A stretch of DNA of 64,000 nt from an uncultured Nitrospinota bacterium (GCA_963707985.1 CAVPRW010000021.1:1-64000), one strand, 5' to 3'; shown: positions 33,423 through 45,812, counted from the first letter of the stretch. Program-made: numbers and translations. Notes: generated from the sequence alone by a model not told the origin.

Positions 33423-34574
33423 ATGATGGACAAGCTGCAGACTATCGAGCAATTCATCGACGAACGCAACGCCCACGGACTGCACTATGAGAGTTACCGG
33501 GGCTTCCTGCAGCGTGTCAATGCGGAGAAGTACGACGACGAACGCTGCCGCCGCTCCTTCGAGCTTTGCGAGCACATCCTGAAACTCAAGCATGAGAAGG
33601 GCGTGTGGATCGATATGCACAATTACGTCGATCAAGATATCATCGGCGTCGCGGATGGCATCGGTGATTCCTACAAGCTGGCGGTGCTGGCGCAGCAGAT
33701 CCCGCGCGACACGGTGACGACGGTGGTGGGCGCCAAAGTGCGCTTCATGAATGAAACCACCAAAATTCTCAATCCTACGTTGCGGGTCATCCAGGCCAAT
33801 CGCTTCGCCGGTTGCTCGCTGGCCGACTCGATCGATGCGGAAGCGCTACAAGAGGCGCGCGACAAGCTACAGGCGCAATACCCCGACTTGTGCGTGATGG
33901 CTTACGTGAATACCACCGCCGAGGTCAAGGCCTTGTCGGATGTCTGCTGCACCTCACGCAACGCGGTCACCATCGCCAAGAAACTGCCCAACCGCACCAT
34001 CATGTTCGTCCCCGATGAGAACTTAGGCCGTGAGGTGGCCCGGCAGCTTGGCGAAGTGCCCCTGCAGTACTCTCATCTGCAGACCGCTCTCCCGCACAAG
34101 CGCCTCGTCGACCAGCACGGCGATGCCAATTTTCTGCTGTGGCAGGGACACTGCTACGTGCATCAGGATATCAACCCCGACCTCGTACACCAGCTCAAGG
34201 AGGCGTATCCCGGCATCGCCGTGTTGGCACATCCTGAGTGCACGCCGGACGTCCTGCGGCTGATCGATGACGACAAGATCCTCAGCACTGAGGGCATGAT
34301 CCAGTTTGTGCGTAAGGCTCCTGACGATAAGTTTGCCTTGCTAACCTCCTGTGGACTGCCGGAGCTGATCCGCGCCGAATTGCCACAGGGCAAGGAGATT
34401 CTGTTCGACTTCGGTGCCTGCCGGCACTGTCAGTTCATGGCGCGGATCAAGCTGGATGATATTCTGCGCGTGCTCGATGACGAGCGTGAAGCGGCACGTA
34501 ACGAAATCCACTTGAGCTCTGAAGTTCTCGAAAAGGCGCGATTGCCGCTGGAACGGATGATTGAGTTATCCTAA
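33423..34574 (+). CDS. nadA: Quinolinate synthase
   Basis: HNY, GDSY, RFMNETTKILNP, AGCSLAD, YVNT, CTSRNA, PDENLG, CYVH, AHPEC, CQFM. Confidence 0.92.
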   Translation: MMDKLQTIEQFIDERNAHGLHYESYRGFLQRVNAEKYDDERCRRSFELCEHILKLKHEKGVWIDMHNYVDQDIIGVADGIGDSYKLAVLAQQIPRDTVTTVVGAKVRFMNETTKILNPTLRVIQANRFAGCSLADSIDAEALQEARDKLQAQYPDLCVMAYVNTTAEVKALSDVCCTSRNAVTIAKKLPNRTIMFVPDENLGREVARQLGEVPLQYSHLQTALPHKRLVDQHGDANFLLWQGHCYVHQDINPDLVHQLKEAYPGIAVLAHPECTPDVLRLIDDDKILSTEGMIQFVRKAPDDKFALLTSCGLPELIRAELPQGKEILFDFGACRHCQFMARIKLDDILRVLDDEREAARNEIHLSSEVLEKARLPLERMIELS

Positions 34575-34588
34575 GCATGGACCCACGG

Positions 34589-34629
34589 AGCCCGTCGGCG
34601 GGGAGACAATCCTCTGCGCGACGGGCTTT
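34589..34629 (+). terminator. Hairpin downstream of nadA, possible terminator
   Basis: 9-bp stem AGCCCGTCG/CGACGGGCT (34589-34597 / 34619-34627) with only a short T tail; lies between convergent genes. Confidence 0.35.
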
Positions 34630-34737
34630 CGCGAGCTAATCCCCTGTCCCGGAAGGCCGTCTGAACACTCCTATCGCCCCCTCATCTCCGCCATCCCTCT
34701 AGCCGTTGGAGACCTGGGTGGCGCCCTGGGTAGGACA

Positions 34738-35026
34738 TCAAGCCCCTTCGATGACGAGCAGATTGGTTTGCGCCGTACGTTGACGAAGCGCCTTCGCTTC
34801 ACGATACTCCTCTGAGGCCCACCACTGTTTAGCGCGCTCGGCGCTCTCGAATTCGATGATGACCAAACGCTTGGGTTCCCAGTTGCCCTTCCAGTTTTTC
34901 CATCGAGCCACCGCGTACGACAAATTTGCCGCCGTATTGGGCAACCGTGGCTGGGACCATCTGGCGATAGTCTTCGAATCCCTGTGGATCGGTGACCGTG
35001 ACCTCCGCGATAATATATGCTGCCAT
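34738..35026 (-). CDS. DUF1330 protein (frameshift near 34880)
   Basis: MAAYIIAEVTVTDP...YGGKFVVRGG..LEG, then RLVIIEFES...WWASEEY...LLVIEG. Confidence 0.85.
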
Positions 35027-35276
35027 GTACGCTTTCCTCCATTGGATTGGTCGTGCCTCTCTTCATGGCTCACAATAACCGGTCAGCAGGCTCTTGTAAC
35101 AAACCAGCTCCGGCAAGTCAACTGAGCGACGTTGTCGCACGGGTCGTGGTGACTTATAATCACAGCGATCATATCTGACCGTCATCCCTTGCTTCTGCCT
35201 GCTGGTGAGGTTTCCCAATGGGGAGCGTTTTGCGGGGAAGGCACGGTCTCCTATCAGGTGATTTTTAGGAGGGAGA

Positions 35277-38200
35277 ATGTCGATGATTCCGTCAATCATG
35301 TGTCGTATTTGCTTGGCAACTCTTGTGGCGTGGTGGAGTCTCATGGTCCTCCACGAGCCCTGGAGTGCGGCACAGGCCCAGGAGGGGACCAAACCTGCGG
35401 CAGCAAACGCCAAAGCAGAGAGCCAGACGGGAGAGATCGATGCAGAGCAGAAACTGGTGGCGGAGTTAGCTGGCCTACGGGAGAAGCTCAAGGCGGCCGG
35501 TGAGGCGCTAGAAGCCAAGCAAAAAACCCTCGCTCCCCGTATACGTGAAACGCAAAGCCACGTGCAACAAGTCAGCGCCGCCCTGCAGAAGGCCGATGGA
35601 CCCGACGCCTCGGCAGCCCTGGAAGGAGAGCTACGTCTCGCCCAGGAAGCACTGTCACTGCTGGAACATGAACTCGCTTTGGGGGAGGAGGAGGTCACCG
35701 TGGCCGAGAGTATGGTCCTGGTGACCGAGAAGCGCGCGATTCAGCAGCGCGCCAAAGAACAAAGAGCCTGAGGAGGGCAAAGACAACACCTTGACGGCTC
35801 AGGATGCCAGGGTGGCGACTACGGAGGCGAAAGTTACGGCGGAGAAAGTTGCTCTTGCGCAGGGTAGGGTTGAAACGCTCCAGGATGAGCTCCGTAACCT
35901 CGAGAAAGAGCTAGCTGAGCTCCATATGCTTGTTCCCAGCAGCGACCAGGAGATCGCCAGCCTTACCGAGAAGCTCTCGATGCACTCGGGAGGTGAAGAG
36001 AAGGACATCTTGGAGCGGCAGCTACAACGGGCCAAGCAGCGGGCCGAGCTGCTTCAGAAGCGTATCGAGCTCACCCAGCGGCAGCTGGAACTGACCCACA
36101 GCAAGGATGCATTGGCCCAACGCGAACAGCTGCTGCTTTCTGCCGAGATGGAGATGCTCGAGGCTCGCGCCCAGGCAATTCGCGACAGCGTTGGCCTGAG
36201 CCTCGACGACATGAAGGCCGAGCAAGAGCAGGCGGTAACCGCCCAGAAGACTGCCGAGACCGAAAAGCAGAAGGCCCAACAGCAGCAGGCCGCGGCTCAG
36301 CAGGAACGCACCAAAGCGCAAGAGGCTATCGAACAGGCAAAAATTGCCCGAGAACAGGCGAAAACGCCCGAGCAGATACGATTGGCGGAGCTTACGCAGT
36401 TCGTCGCGGAGAAAAAAGCTGAACTGGCACAGAAGAAAGGCGAGCTCGCCAAAGAGAAGATCGATGTCGCCGAAAGGGCGGCAGAGATGGCCCAAAAGCG
36501 CTTAGAGGTCACGTCATACAGGCTCGAGTCAGAGCGCAAGGGGCGCACAGCCACGGAAATTCTCAATACCTACGAGTGGGCCAAAGCGGAGGCGGCGAAG
36601 GCGGCAAAAGACGCGCGCTCGGCGCGGGCGTCTGCGGAGTTGGCCAAACAGGAGATGGAATCGCTCCGGCGGGAGGCAGAACTGGCGCAACTCAAGGCCC
36701 AGGTCGAGCGCACCCAACTTGAGCGGCCAACTGCCGATCCGATCGTGCGGAACACTATACGCACCCTGGAGGAAAGCGCACGAGTAGCTCAAGAGCGCAC
36801 CCAGGTGGCCGAGGAGCGAGCGACGGTGGTCCAGGATCGGGCTCGCGTCGCCGGCGACAAGGCAACTCTCCTGCAAGAGCTTGAAGCTCAGCTAGCGGTG
36901 CAACGTTCGAGATATCAACTCTGGAAACGCGAACCGTCGCAGATCACCTGGGACCTTTTGGAAGAGGTCTCAACCGATCTGGTGTTGCTCCGCAGTGCTC
37001 TGATTATCGGTGTTTCGACCCTACCGGAACAACTTGTCCGACTAAGAACCTATCTTGCCGACCCAATGCATTTCTGGAGGATTGCGGGTCAAAGTGTGCT
37101 GGTGACTACTTCTCCTGTTACTGGCCGTATTCTCCGGTCTGTCTTTGCGGCGAAAATTGCAACCACTCATCGCCCGGCAAAAGGACTACTTCCTGCCCTC
37201 GACCGGTGCAAAGTTACTACGGGCCGGTACCCGCCTCATCGCCGCTGTGGCGCTGCCACTGATGCTGTTCGTGGCAGGGTTGTTGATGGCAGGGCTCGCC
37301 GCCGGTGGCAGGAGGGTCTTCGAGGTCTTTGCCATCACCATGGCTGGTCTCACTGCCTACAGTTTTCTCAAGGGCATAGCACAGGAGCTGTTCATGCCCT
37401 GGGATCCGCCGCAGCGGCTCATCGCCTGCCGTAACGGCGTGGCATCGTATCTCTACCGTCATATGCACCGCATCAGCGCCTATGTGTGCGTGTTCTTAAC
37501 CGTCCTCGTCATCCTCCGTGATGTTGACTATCATCAGGGCATAATTGCTCTGCTGTCCATGCTCTTCTATCTCGGGCTTCTCGTCCTTCTGGTCCTCCTC
37601 ACGTCCAACAAGGAAGCCATCCTCGAACTCCTGCCGAACGCCCAGAATCGTCTCGAGAAGATTATTTACGTGGCGGCCACACAGATGTATCCCCTCCTCG
37701 TCATGCTGATTATCTGCATCATTGCCTTACAAAGCCTGGGCTATGTCAACCTGGCCCGCTTTCTGTTGACGTCTGCGCTACTGACGGGAGTCATTCTGGC
37801 TGTGGCCCATCTCGCCGGCAAGGGCATGGATAAGCTTTTGCACTGGTGGCTAGTCCCCGAAGGCCGTGTGGAAGGGGATTTTCTCTTCGGCCGTGAGGCG
37901 ACGGAGACATTGTACACGGTCCTCAGTCATGCCGCGGGTTATTTCGCCTATCTCATTGCGGTCGTGATGATCGCCGGCACCTGGGGAGTAGACCTGAGCG
38001 GGGTCTATGCGACCCTCACTTCAGCCACGGCACAGGAGTACTATCGACGACTGTCGGCGGCCATCCTGGTCATCATCGTCAGCATCGTCGTCCTGCGCAC
38101 GGCGTATTATGTGATCGACAAGGTGTTTAACATCCCCTCTGAGGAAGCGCGGTCTTGGCGCAAGAAAATTGCGCTCGGCGACAAGGGTAAGACCATCGCG

Positions 38201-38938
38201 CCCTTGCTAAAAAACTTGCTCAAGTACTGCATAATCTTCGTCGCTGGGGTGGTGGTGCTCCGTGTGCTAGGAGTTGACCCAACGCCGATCATCGCCGGTG
38301 CAGGCGTCGTGGGTCTTGCAGTTGGCTTTGGAGCCCAGACACTGGTGAAAGATGTCATTTCCGGGTTCTTCCTGCTCTTCGAAGGGCTCATCGCCGTTGG
38401 AGATGGTATCAGCTTCGGCAATTCTGCCGGTGTGGTCGAAGAGGTAGGGCTGCGAGTCACCAAATATCGGACCTTTACCGGAGAATTGTGGGTGATTCCC
38501 AACGGTGAGATTCGGGCCTTTGGTAATTCCAACCGGCAGTGGATGCGCGCTGTGGTCGTGATCAGGGTGGCCTATGAGCAGGATATCGGCAATGCCATGC
38601 GCATCCTCGACGAGGTTGGCAAAGCCTGGGCCGAAGAGCACAGGGATATCGTGTTGGAACCACCGGAGGTGCAGGGTATCCTGTCGTTTGACGAGTCTTC
38701 GATCGCGTTGCGGCTGGCGATCAAGGTCAAACCCTCACAGCAAGGGGCTGCGGAGTTGGAACTGCGGCGCCGCATCAAAGAAGCGTTCGATCGTGAAGGG
38801 GTGGAGATCCCCATCCCACGGAGCGTGTTCTACACAAAGCCGGAGCCGAATCACGCGAAGGGGCAGGGACAGAACCTCCGGCTGCTGTCGAAGCGGATTC
38901 AGAGGCTAGAGGAAGCCCAGGAAGGACTAGAAAGTTGA
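35277..38938 (+). CDS. Large MscS-family mechanosensitive channel with long N-terminal coiled coil (frameshifts near 35765 and 37120)
   Basis: Signal peptide and ~600 aa of E/A/Q/K/R-rich helix, then multiple TM helices and the MscS core GLAVGFGAQTLVKDVISG, GVVEEVGLRVT, IPNG. Confidence 0.8.
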
Positions 38939-39031
38939 CCTTGCCTTGGGCAAACACTTTGGAAGAATAGTTAGCATGAATGACCGTGATGGTGAAAAGT
39001 TCGGACAGGGCTAGATCGCCCTCCCCCAGGA

Positions 39032-42000
39032 TCATCGCGCTTCCACCTGCACCAGCGCGGCCTCTGTCTGGGGCAGCCAGAACGTCATGTCCATCGAATG
39101 GTACAGCTCGATAGCTGTAGCGAGCTGATTGTGGGCTCGTTCTGCCTGCCCGACCTTGGCATATAAGATCCCCAGGCCCCGGTGACAGTGGGCCTGAAGC
39201 GGGCGCATGCTCAGCTTCTAAGGCCAGGAGCAAGCGCCTGGCGGTAGTGGGCTTCGGCCTGCTCGTCCTCAGCCGGCGTGCGCTGTCGCCGCGATCTCGC
39301 CAGAAGCCGCAGCGCGTAGGCTGCGTGGCCCGTTCCTGATGGAGCTGGGAGAACTCCAGGGCCCGCTGCGCCTGGGTATACGCCTCGTCTAGCCGGCTAG
39401 CAAGCAGATACGCCTCACCCAGCCAGACCACCCAGAGCGCATGGTAGAGCATGAAACGCATTGCGACCGCCTGCGCGACCGCCTGCTCCAGCAGCGGCAG
39501 GGCGTCGGCAGTCCGTCCGGCGAGCGTATAGGCCGCCCCCAAGGGCGCGGCGACGAACGGGACGAGGAGCCGGAGGTACGCCCTCTGCGCGAGATCGAGG
39601 GCCCGTTCGAGCGCGAGGATAGCTTGGGGGAGGTCTCCCTGGCGCAGCGCCCGAAAGCCCACGGCCCAATACGCTATGACACGGCTGTAGGGGTGATCGG
39701 CGGCCTCGGCGATCTGTACCCCTTCCTCTGCACGAACCCTCCCCTCGGCGAAGGCGCCACCTTCGGCAAGGGAGGCGACGAGATGACTGCGGGAGAGGGC
39801 CGAGGCTGGACCAGGCAGACCAAGGCGCTCACACAGCAGCGCGCCGTGGAGATACACCACGTTCTTTTGGTAGAAATCCACCGAACGACAATAGTCTCCC
39901 AGGCTACGGTAGAGACTCCCCAGCCAGGTCTGCGCTGTGACTGTGATGCCGACATCCCCCAGGCCCTCGGCAATCGCCAGGGCGCGCTGGCCAAACGCGA
40001 GAGCGTGATCTGGTTCGCATGCTACCGCAAAATGGGCGAGCAAGTAGACAGCAACCCATCCCAGCCGGTGTGGATCGCCCAGTGCCTCGGCGAGAGCTTG
40101 GGCGTCCCGTAAGTTGACGAAGACCCGCTCCAGTTCACCCAGGAGATAGAGCGCACTGTGCAGCGCGATACGGATATCGATGGCCTGCGCCCGGGTGTCG
40201 CCGCTCTCCGGGAGGTGCTGCACGACCCCCAGCGCCTGCTCGAAGGCGGCCACCGCTTCCCGATAGGCCGAGCGTGCCACCGCCTGCTCCCCAGCTTGCC
40301 GAAAGTAGGCCAGAGCCTTGTCCCAAAGCTCCCCATGCCGTGCATGGTGGGCCAGCAGTTCGGGCGCGGTCGCGGCTGTCTCGGGAAACTGCGCCTCCAG
40401 CACCTGGACGAGGCGCTGATGGGTATGCCGGCGCACGCGCTGCAGCACCGATTCATAGGCGGCCTCCTGAACGAGGGCATGCTTAAACGTGTAGATGGCC
40501 CGCGGGGGCTGGCCGCGTTGATACAGCAGCTCCGCCGCGACTAACATAGCCAGGTCCCGCTGCAACGTCGCGTCCTCCAGAGGCGCCACGGCCCGCAGCA
40601 GGGCATAGGTAAACTGGTGCCCCAGCATGGCCCCCAGTTGCGCTACACCTTTGGCACTCCCCAGCCGATCAAGCCGCGCCAGCAACGTCTCGTGGAGCGT
40701 GGCGGGAATGGCCACTGCTGGGAGCGGTCCGCTCATCTTGTCCCGATTCTGGACGTCGGTGAGACGCCCCGCTTCCACGACTGCTTTGGTTACCTCTTCC
40801 ACAAACAGGGGGATGCCATCGGTCTTGGCCACAATCTGCTCGAGCACCGCCGCGGGCAGGCGGTGTCCCCCGAGCATCTGTCCTACCATGGCCTCGACTT
40901 GCGGCCGTGTTAAGCGATTGAGGGTGAGGGGCGTCAGGTGTGTGCGGAAGCCCCAGGGGGGCTGAAACGTGGGGCGGCACGTGAGCACGGTATAGAGGCG
41001 CATCGTCGGTGCCTGGTCGAGCAATAGTGCCAGCAGTTCGAGCGTCGACGGATCTACCCAATGCAGGTCTTCGACAATCACGAGCACGGGCTGCTGCTCG
41101 GCCAGTGCCCCCACGATGGCCAGAAATGCTTCGAAGGTGCGCTGCCGCTGCTGCTCGGGCGGCAACGTCCGGCGGGGATAGCGCTCCGCTGGCAGCGGCA
41201 GCCCCACAAGCTCGGCTACCAGGGGCACTACCTCGGCCAGCGCGAGCTGCGCCTGCGCCAGGAGGGCCTCGATCTTCTGGAGTGTCGCACCGGGCGCCTC
41301 GCCCGGGCGCCACGGCAGCCAGCGCTGGAAGAGATCAGTGATGGGATACAGCGCTGTGTGCTGGTAATAGGGGGACCCCCGGCACTCTAACCATGTATGG
41401 GCTTCACCAGCAACGTGGTCTTTCAGCACCTGCACCAGGCGTGATTTCCCGATACCGGCCTCGCCCTCCAGCACTACCACCTGGCCCATGCCTTCTTTGA
41501 CCCGTGTCCAGCGCTCCACCAGCAGCCCTACTTCTGGTGCCCGTCCCACCAGCGGCGTCAGGCCATGGGCTGCAGCGACCTCGAAGCGACTCTGTACCCC
41601 ACTGGCCTGTAGGACCCGATACACCGGCAGATGCTGTGCCAGGGCGCCGAGCGGCTGCTCCCCTAATGCCTCGCACGTGAAATAGCCCTCGATGAGTTGA
41701 TAGGTCTTGGCCGAGATCACCAGCGTGTTGGGCGCCGCCAGGTGTTGCAGCCGCGCCGCAATATTGGGCGTTTCCCCCAGCGCCAACAGCTCCTGGCGTA
41801 CCCCTTCACCGACGTCGCCCACTACAACCACGCCTGTATGGATCCCCACCCGCACCGCGATCCGGTCCTGAGGGGGCAGAGCCAGCTGGGTGTTGAGTGG
41901 GTTGATGGCGTCTAGAATGCCGAGCCCCGTCCGGACGGCCCGCTGGGCGTCATCTTCATGAGCTGTGGGATAGCCAAAATACACCAATAGGCCATCGCCG

Positions 42001-42623
42001 AGGTATTGCGCAATGTAGCCGTCAAACTGGCGAATCACCTCCGTACAGGTCCGGTGGTAGGCGCGGACAATTTCTCGGAAGTCCTCCGGGTCCCGGTGCC
42101 CCGCTAGCAGGGTGGAGTCCAGCAAGTTACAGAACAACACGCTCAGGTAGCGGCGTTCGGCTTCCAGGGGGGGGCAGGCCGCTGGGAAGGATGCCAAGCT
42201 GATAGGGGGAAGCGTTTCCAGCGTGTTTGGCAACTCGCTTGTGGGTACGTGGAAGGCGACAGGTAGCCCCAGCTTGGCAGGTTCAGGAACCACACCGCTG
42301 TGCTCTACCACCGGGGCCAGAAAGCGGTACCCACGGCGGGACATCGTGGCAATGTATCGAGGCTGCTGCACCGTATCCCCGAGTACCTTACGGAGGGCGC
42401 CAACGGCGATGCGCACCACGGCGTCACTCACGGCCGTCTTGGGCCAGACCGCCTCCAGCAGCTCCTCTTTGGTGACCAGTCGGTCGGGGTGCGTCACCAA
42501 GTAAAGCAGCACCGCAAAGATTTTGGGGGGCAGGACAGTAGCCTGCGCCTCGCACCACAAACAGGCATGGTCTAGGTCCAGCCGATAGGGACCGAAGCTC
42601 CACTGGGAGGAGGGCATAGCCAT
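39032..42623 (-). CDS. wHTH - class III cyclase - AAA ATPase - TPR multidomain regulator (frameshifts in C-terminus)
   Basis: OmpR-type DNA-binding domain (LVTKEELLEAVW, RRGYRF), cyclase (YLGDG, RVGIHTG, GETPNIAARLQ), GEAGIGKS, EDLHW, TPRs. True stop probably at 39032 in another frame. Confidence 0.88.
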
Positions 42624-42663
42624 TGCTCCTCGGGTACGAGTATTACTGACCACTGGAGGACAT

Positions 42664-42711
42664 TTACAACGATTTTACAACATTTTTACGGTCTTTTTAC
42701 CGTTCTTTTAT
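42664..42711. promoter_or_regulatory. Five TTAC-core direct repeats with exact 11-bp period
   Basis: TTAC at 42664, 42675, 42686 and 42697, TTAT at 42708, each preceded by a T-rich tract. Confidence 0.7.
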
Positions 42712-42928
42712 GACTACCGTCACGGGGCCTATTATACTTCCTCCAGCGCACTGATGCGGAGGGAGTCTGGCGTCTATGGTACGATGGCCAGAAAATGTAC
42801 TAGCCCACCGGAGGCTGGGAGGTGCGTCCCGCGGGCACTGCCTTAGGGATTTTGTGCCTTGTGATAGACGCTCCACATTACAGTTTGCAGCGGCTTCCAG
42901 ACGCCACCACAATCAAAAGGAGTGGAAC

Positions 42929-44002
42929 ATGATCGAGCTCGGGGTATTCCTTCCAGTGCTCAGCAGTGGCTGGGTCGTCTCGACCGCGGCGCCGCAGTAT
43001 CAGCCATCATATAAGATGAATAAGGCGATGACGCGGCTCGCCGAGGATCTCGGCTTTCGCTTCGTGCTCTCACCGGTCAAGTATCGCGGCTTCGGTGGTC
43101 CGACGGAGCAGTGGGACTACACATTGGAATCGTTCGAGGTCATGGCGGCTCTGGCCGAGGCCACCGACCGTATTCAGCTCTACGGCTCGGTGGCGCTGCC
43201 GACTGTCCACCCGGCTATCACCGCGCGGCGCGCCGCGACCATTGCCCACATCTCACAGGGGCGCTTCGGGATCAATCTGGTCTCCGGGTGGCAAAAAGAT
43301 GAATACGAACAGATGGGACTCTGGCCGGGCGATGGGCATTATCAACGCCGCTACCAGTACGCCCGGGAGTATGTCGACATCCTCAAACGGCTGTGGTCGG
43401 AGCGCAACGTCGATTACGAGGGCGAGTTTTTCCACCTGCGTGACTGTCGTATCCTGCCGCATCCGGAACAACCGCTGCCGCTGGTGTGCGCCGGGCAATC
43501 TGATGTGGGCATGCGGTTCACCGCGCAGCACGCCGATTTCGCCTTCGTCATCGGTGATATCAGCGGCGATGCCGTGTTCGCAGCTAATCGTAAGCTGCAG
43601 CAATACGCGGAGGAGACGGGCCGCGACGTCGGTGCCTACGTGCTCTACACGCTTGTCCTCGGTGAGACTGAGGCCGAGGCACAGGCGAAGTCGGACTCTT
43701 GGGTAGCGCATGCCGATCGCCAGGCACTCGCGACCATGATGGGCCAGGCGGCGCTCGATGCGCTCGGCGGGACGGCCGCGGCATTGCAGGGCATAGCCTA
43801 TATCGGCATTGCGCCGATTATCGCCTCGTTCGTGCAGTGTGCCGCCATTCTCGATCGCATTGGAAGGGTGCCTGGGACCAAGGGGATCATGCTCATCTTC
43901 CCAGAGTGCCTGGCAGGGCTGCAGGCGTTCGGCGAGAGGGTGTTACCGCTCATGCGCACGGCTAAACTAGCCCCCCCTCGGCTATCGCGGGGGCTGGTCT
44001 AA
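42929..44002 (+). CDS. LLM flavin-dependent monooxygenase, RutA-like
   Basis: GVFLP..GWVVSTAAPQYQP, KYRGFGG, LESF, GRFGINLVSGWQKDEYEQMGLWPGD, CAGQS. Confidence 0.88.
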   Translation: MIELGVFLPVLSSGWVVSTAAPQYQPSYKMNKAMTRLAEDLGFRFVLSPVKYRGFGGPTEQWDYTLESFEVMAALAEATDRIQLYGSVALPTVHPAITARRAATIAHISQGRFGINLVSGWQKDEYEQMGLWPGDGHYQRRYQYAREYVDILKRLWSERNVDYEGEFFHLRDCRILPHPEQPLPLVCAGQSDVGMRFTAQHADFAFVIGDISGDAVFAANRKLQQYAEETGRDVGAYVLYTLVLGETEAEAQAKSDSWVAHADRQALATMMGQAALDALGGTAAALQGIAYIGIAPIIASFVQCAAILDRIGRVPGTKGIMLIFPECLAGLQAFGERVLPLMRTAKLAPPRLSRGLV

Positions 44003-44177
44003 GCGCGTCCGCCGTGAGCCATATGTACCCTGGGCAAAGTTCGCCGGACACCATGATCTGAGACATGGCGATAGACCCTTTCGTCCAAAAGTACGCCATC
44101 TTCATGCAGCGGCGCGCCGCTTGCGTGGGGTGCGAAGGAATATAAAGTGTGAGCCCGGACGAGGGCGAGGAGAGGTA

Positions 44178-44348
44178 ATGGAACGCATAGGTCTCGGTCT
44201 CTTCAGCTATCTGATTGGCCATACGCCGTACAAAGAACTGGTCGAATTAAGTCGGCTGGCAGAGGATAAGGGCTTTGAAGCTGTGGTTTTTCCCGAGTTG
44301 GTCAATGATGCCCATCATCATGCCCTATCCAATTGCGGAGGATTATAG
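44178..44348 (+). pseudogene. 5' fragment of an LLM-class oxidoreductase
   Basis: Good RBS, then MERIGLGL...LVELSRLAEDKGFEAVVFPE; stops after 56 codons. Confidence 0.55.
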
Positions 44349-44672
44349 CCGTGCAGTGCGGCGCACGCTGGACGTGGTTGCCCCACGCTAGTCACACGGC
44401 GACGGTAACGGTACAGGTGTTCATGACTGCGGCGGGTTAGCCTCACTCCGCATGACGTAGCGGCACCCTTGCCACCTGCATCATCTGACCGGACGGTTCC
44501 TACGGCGGTCCATCATCGTTTCCAAGTTCATGAAATGATATGGACCATGCACTGGCGATATTTCCCCTGTTCCGGGTCGATGGGGACGTCGCTGCGATCT
44601 TCACACCTGATTTGATTCCTTAGACAAAACTTTCCTCAGGGAAGGAGAATAAATTCCCGCGAAAAGACTCGA

Positions 44673-45783
44673 CTACGGCCTTCCCGACACGCCACGCACC
44701 TCGACCGGGTGGGGGAACACCATGTTGTTGCCGTAGGAGCGTCCATCCCATTTATTGGGAAACTCCAGGGGCTGGGTTTCCCCTTGGTTGTTGGTAGCCC
44801 GCGACATCAAGACATAGTTGCCGGCCTGTGGTGGCTGCCAGTTGAATTCCCAGCGATACCAGGAGTAGTTGGTGCGTGGCACTAGCTTGGCCTCCTGCCA
44901 AGTCTGCCCGCCATCCGTGCTGATCTCAACACGAACGATTTCTTTCTCACCCGACCAGGCGGCTCCTGCGACTCGGTATGTACCCAACGACACGATCTCT
45001 CCCGGCATGGGATTGGTGATGATCGATTTGACGCGCATCTCATTCAGATACGTGTAGAAGGTATGCGCTCCAGGCCCGTTCATGACCATATAGCGCTCGG
45101 TCTGATAGAAGCCATCGAACTTGTGGTCGATGACCTTGATGCCTACCAGCCACTTGATAGAGTTCATACCATACCAGCCAGGTACCAGGAGCCGCAGCGG
45201 ATAGCCATGCATAGCTGGCAGCGGTTCGCCGTTCATCTCGTAGGCCAACAGGGTATCCGGATGGAGCGCCTTGTCCAGGGGGAGAGCTCGCTCATACGTG
45301 ACTTCCGGTGGGTCGCCGACAGTCTCATCAGCACCGTGATCGGCCCCAGTAAACACCACATCCTTGGCGGTGGGCTTGAGCCCTGCCCGCTCCAGTACCT
45401 GTGCCAGGGACACCCCAGCCCACTCGGCGTTGCTCATAATGCCGTGCCCCGTGACCTTTTCCATGACCTGACGCATTTGCTTCGCCCAATACTCCGGGAC
45501 AGGACTGTTCCCACAACACTCCAACGTTACTTGCATGCGTCGCTTGGGCAACGCCAGCAGATCCTGCAGGCTGAGGCTCAGCTGCTGGGTCACCTCCCCT
45601 TCGACCTGCAGTCGATAGGTGGCCGCATCTAACCGCGGTGGCTCGCGCCAATGGTTGCGAACATAGAACAGTTCGTTAGGGTGTGATCTGACTCTGCAAC
45701 GCCGCTGGGGGAGCCGCGAAGGTGCGACCGCCCGCGTTGGTCGGGATCAATTGCGGCCTTGCCTCGACGATGGCCTGTTGCAT
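44673..45783 (-). CDS. Sulfite oxidase-family molybdoenzyme (frameshift near 45690)
   Basis: FYVRNH, TLECCGN, NAEWAGV, LAYEMNGEPLPAMHGYPLRLLVPGWYG..IKW, C-terminal dimerisation domain. Confidence 0.88.
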
Positions 45784-45812
45784 ACGCATGTCTCCTTATA
45801 CGCCGGAAGTCT

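Noticed and set aside
38775..39031. Overlap of the 1292-aa ORF with the MscS 3' end
   Set aside because: An artefact of frameshifts; the natural C-terminus appears to end at 39032.
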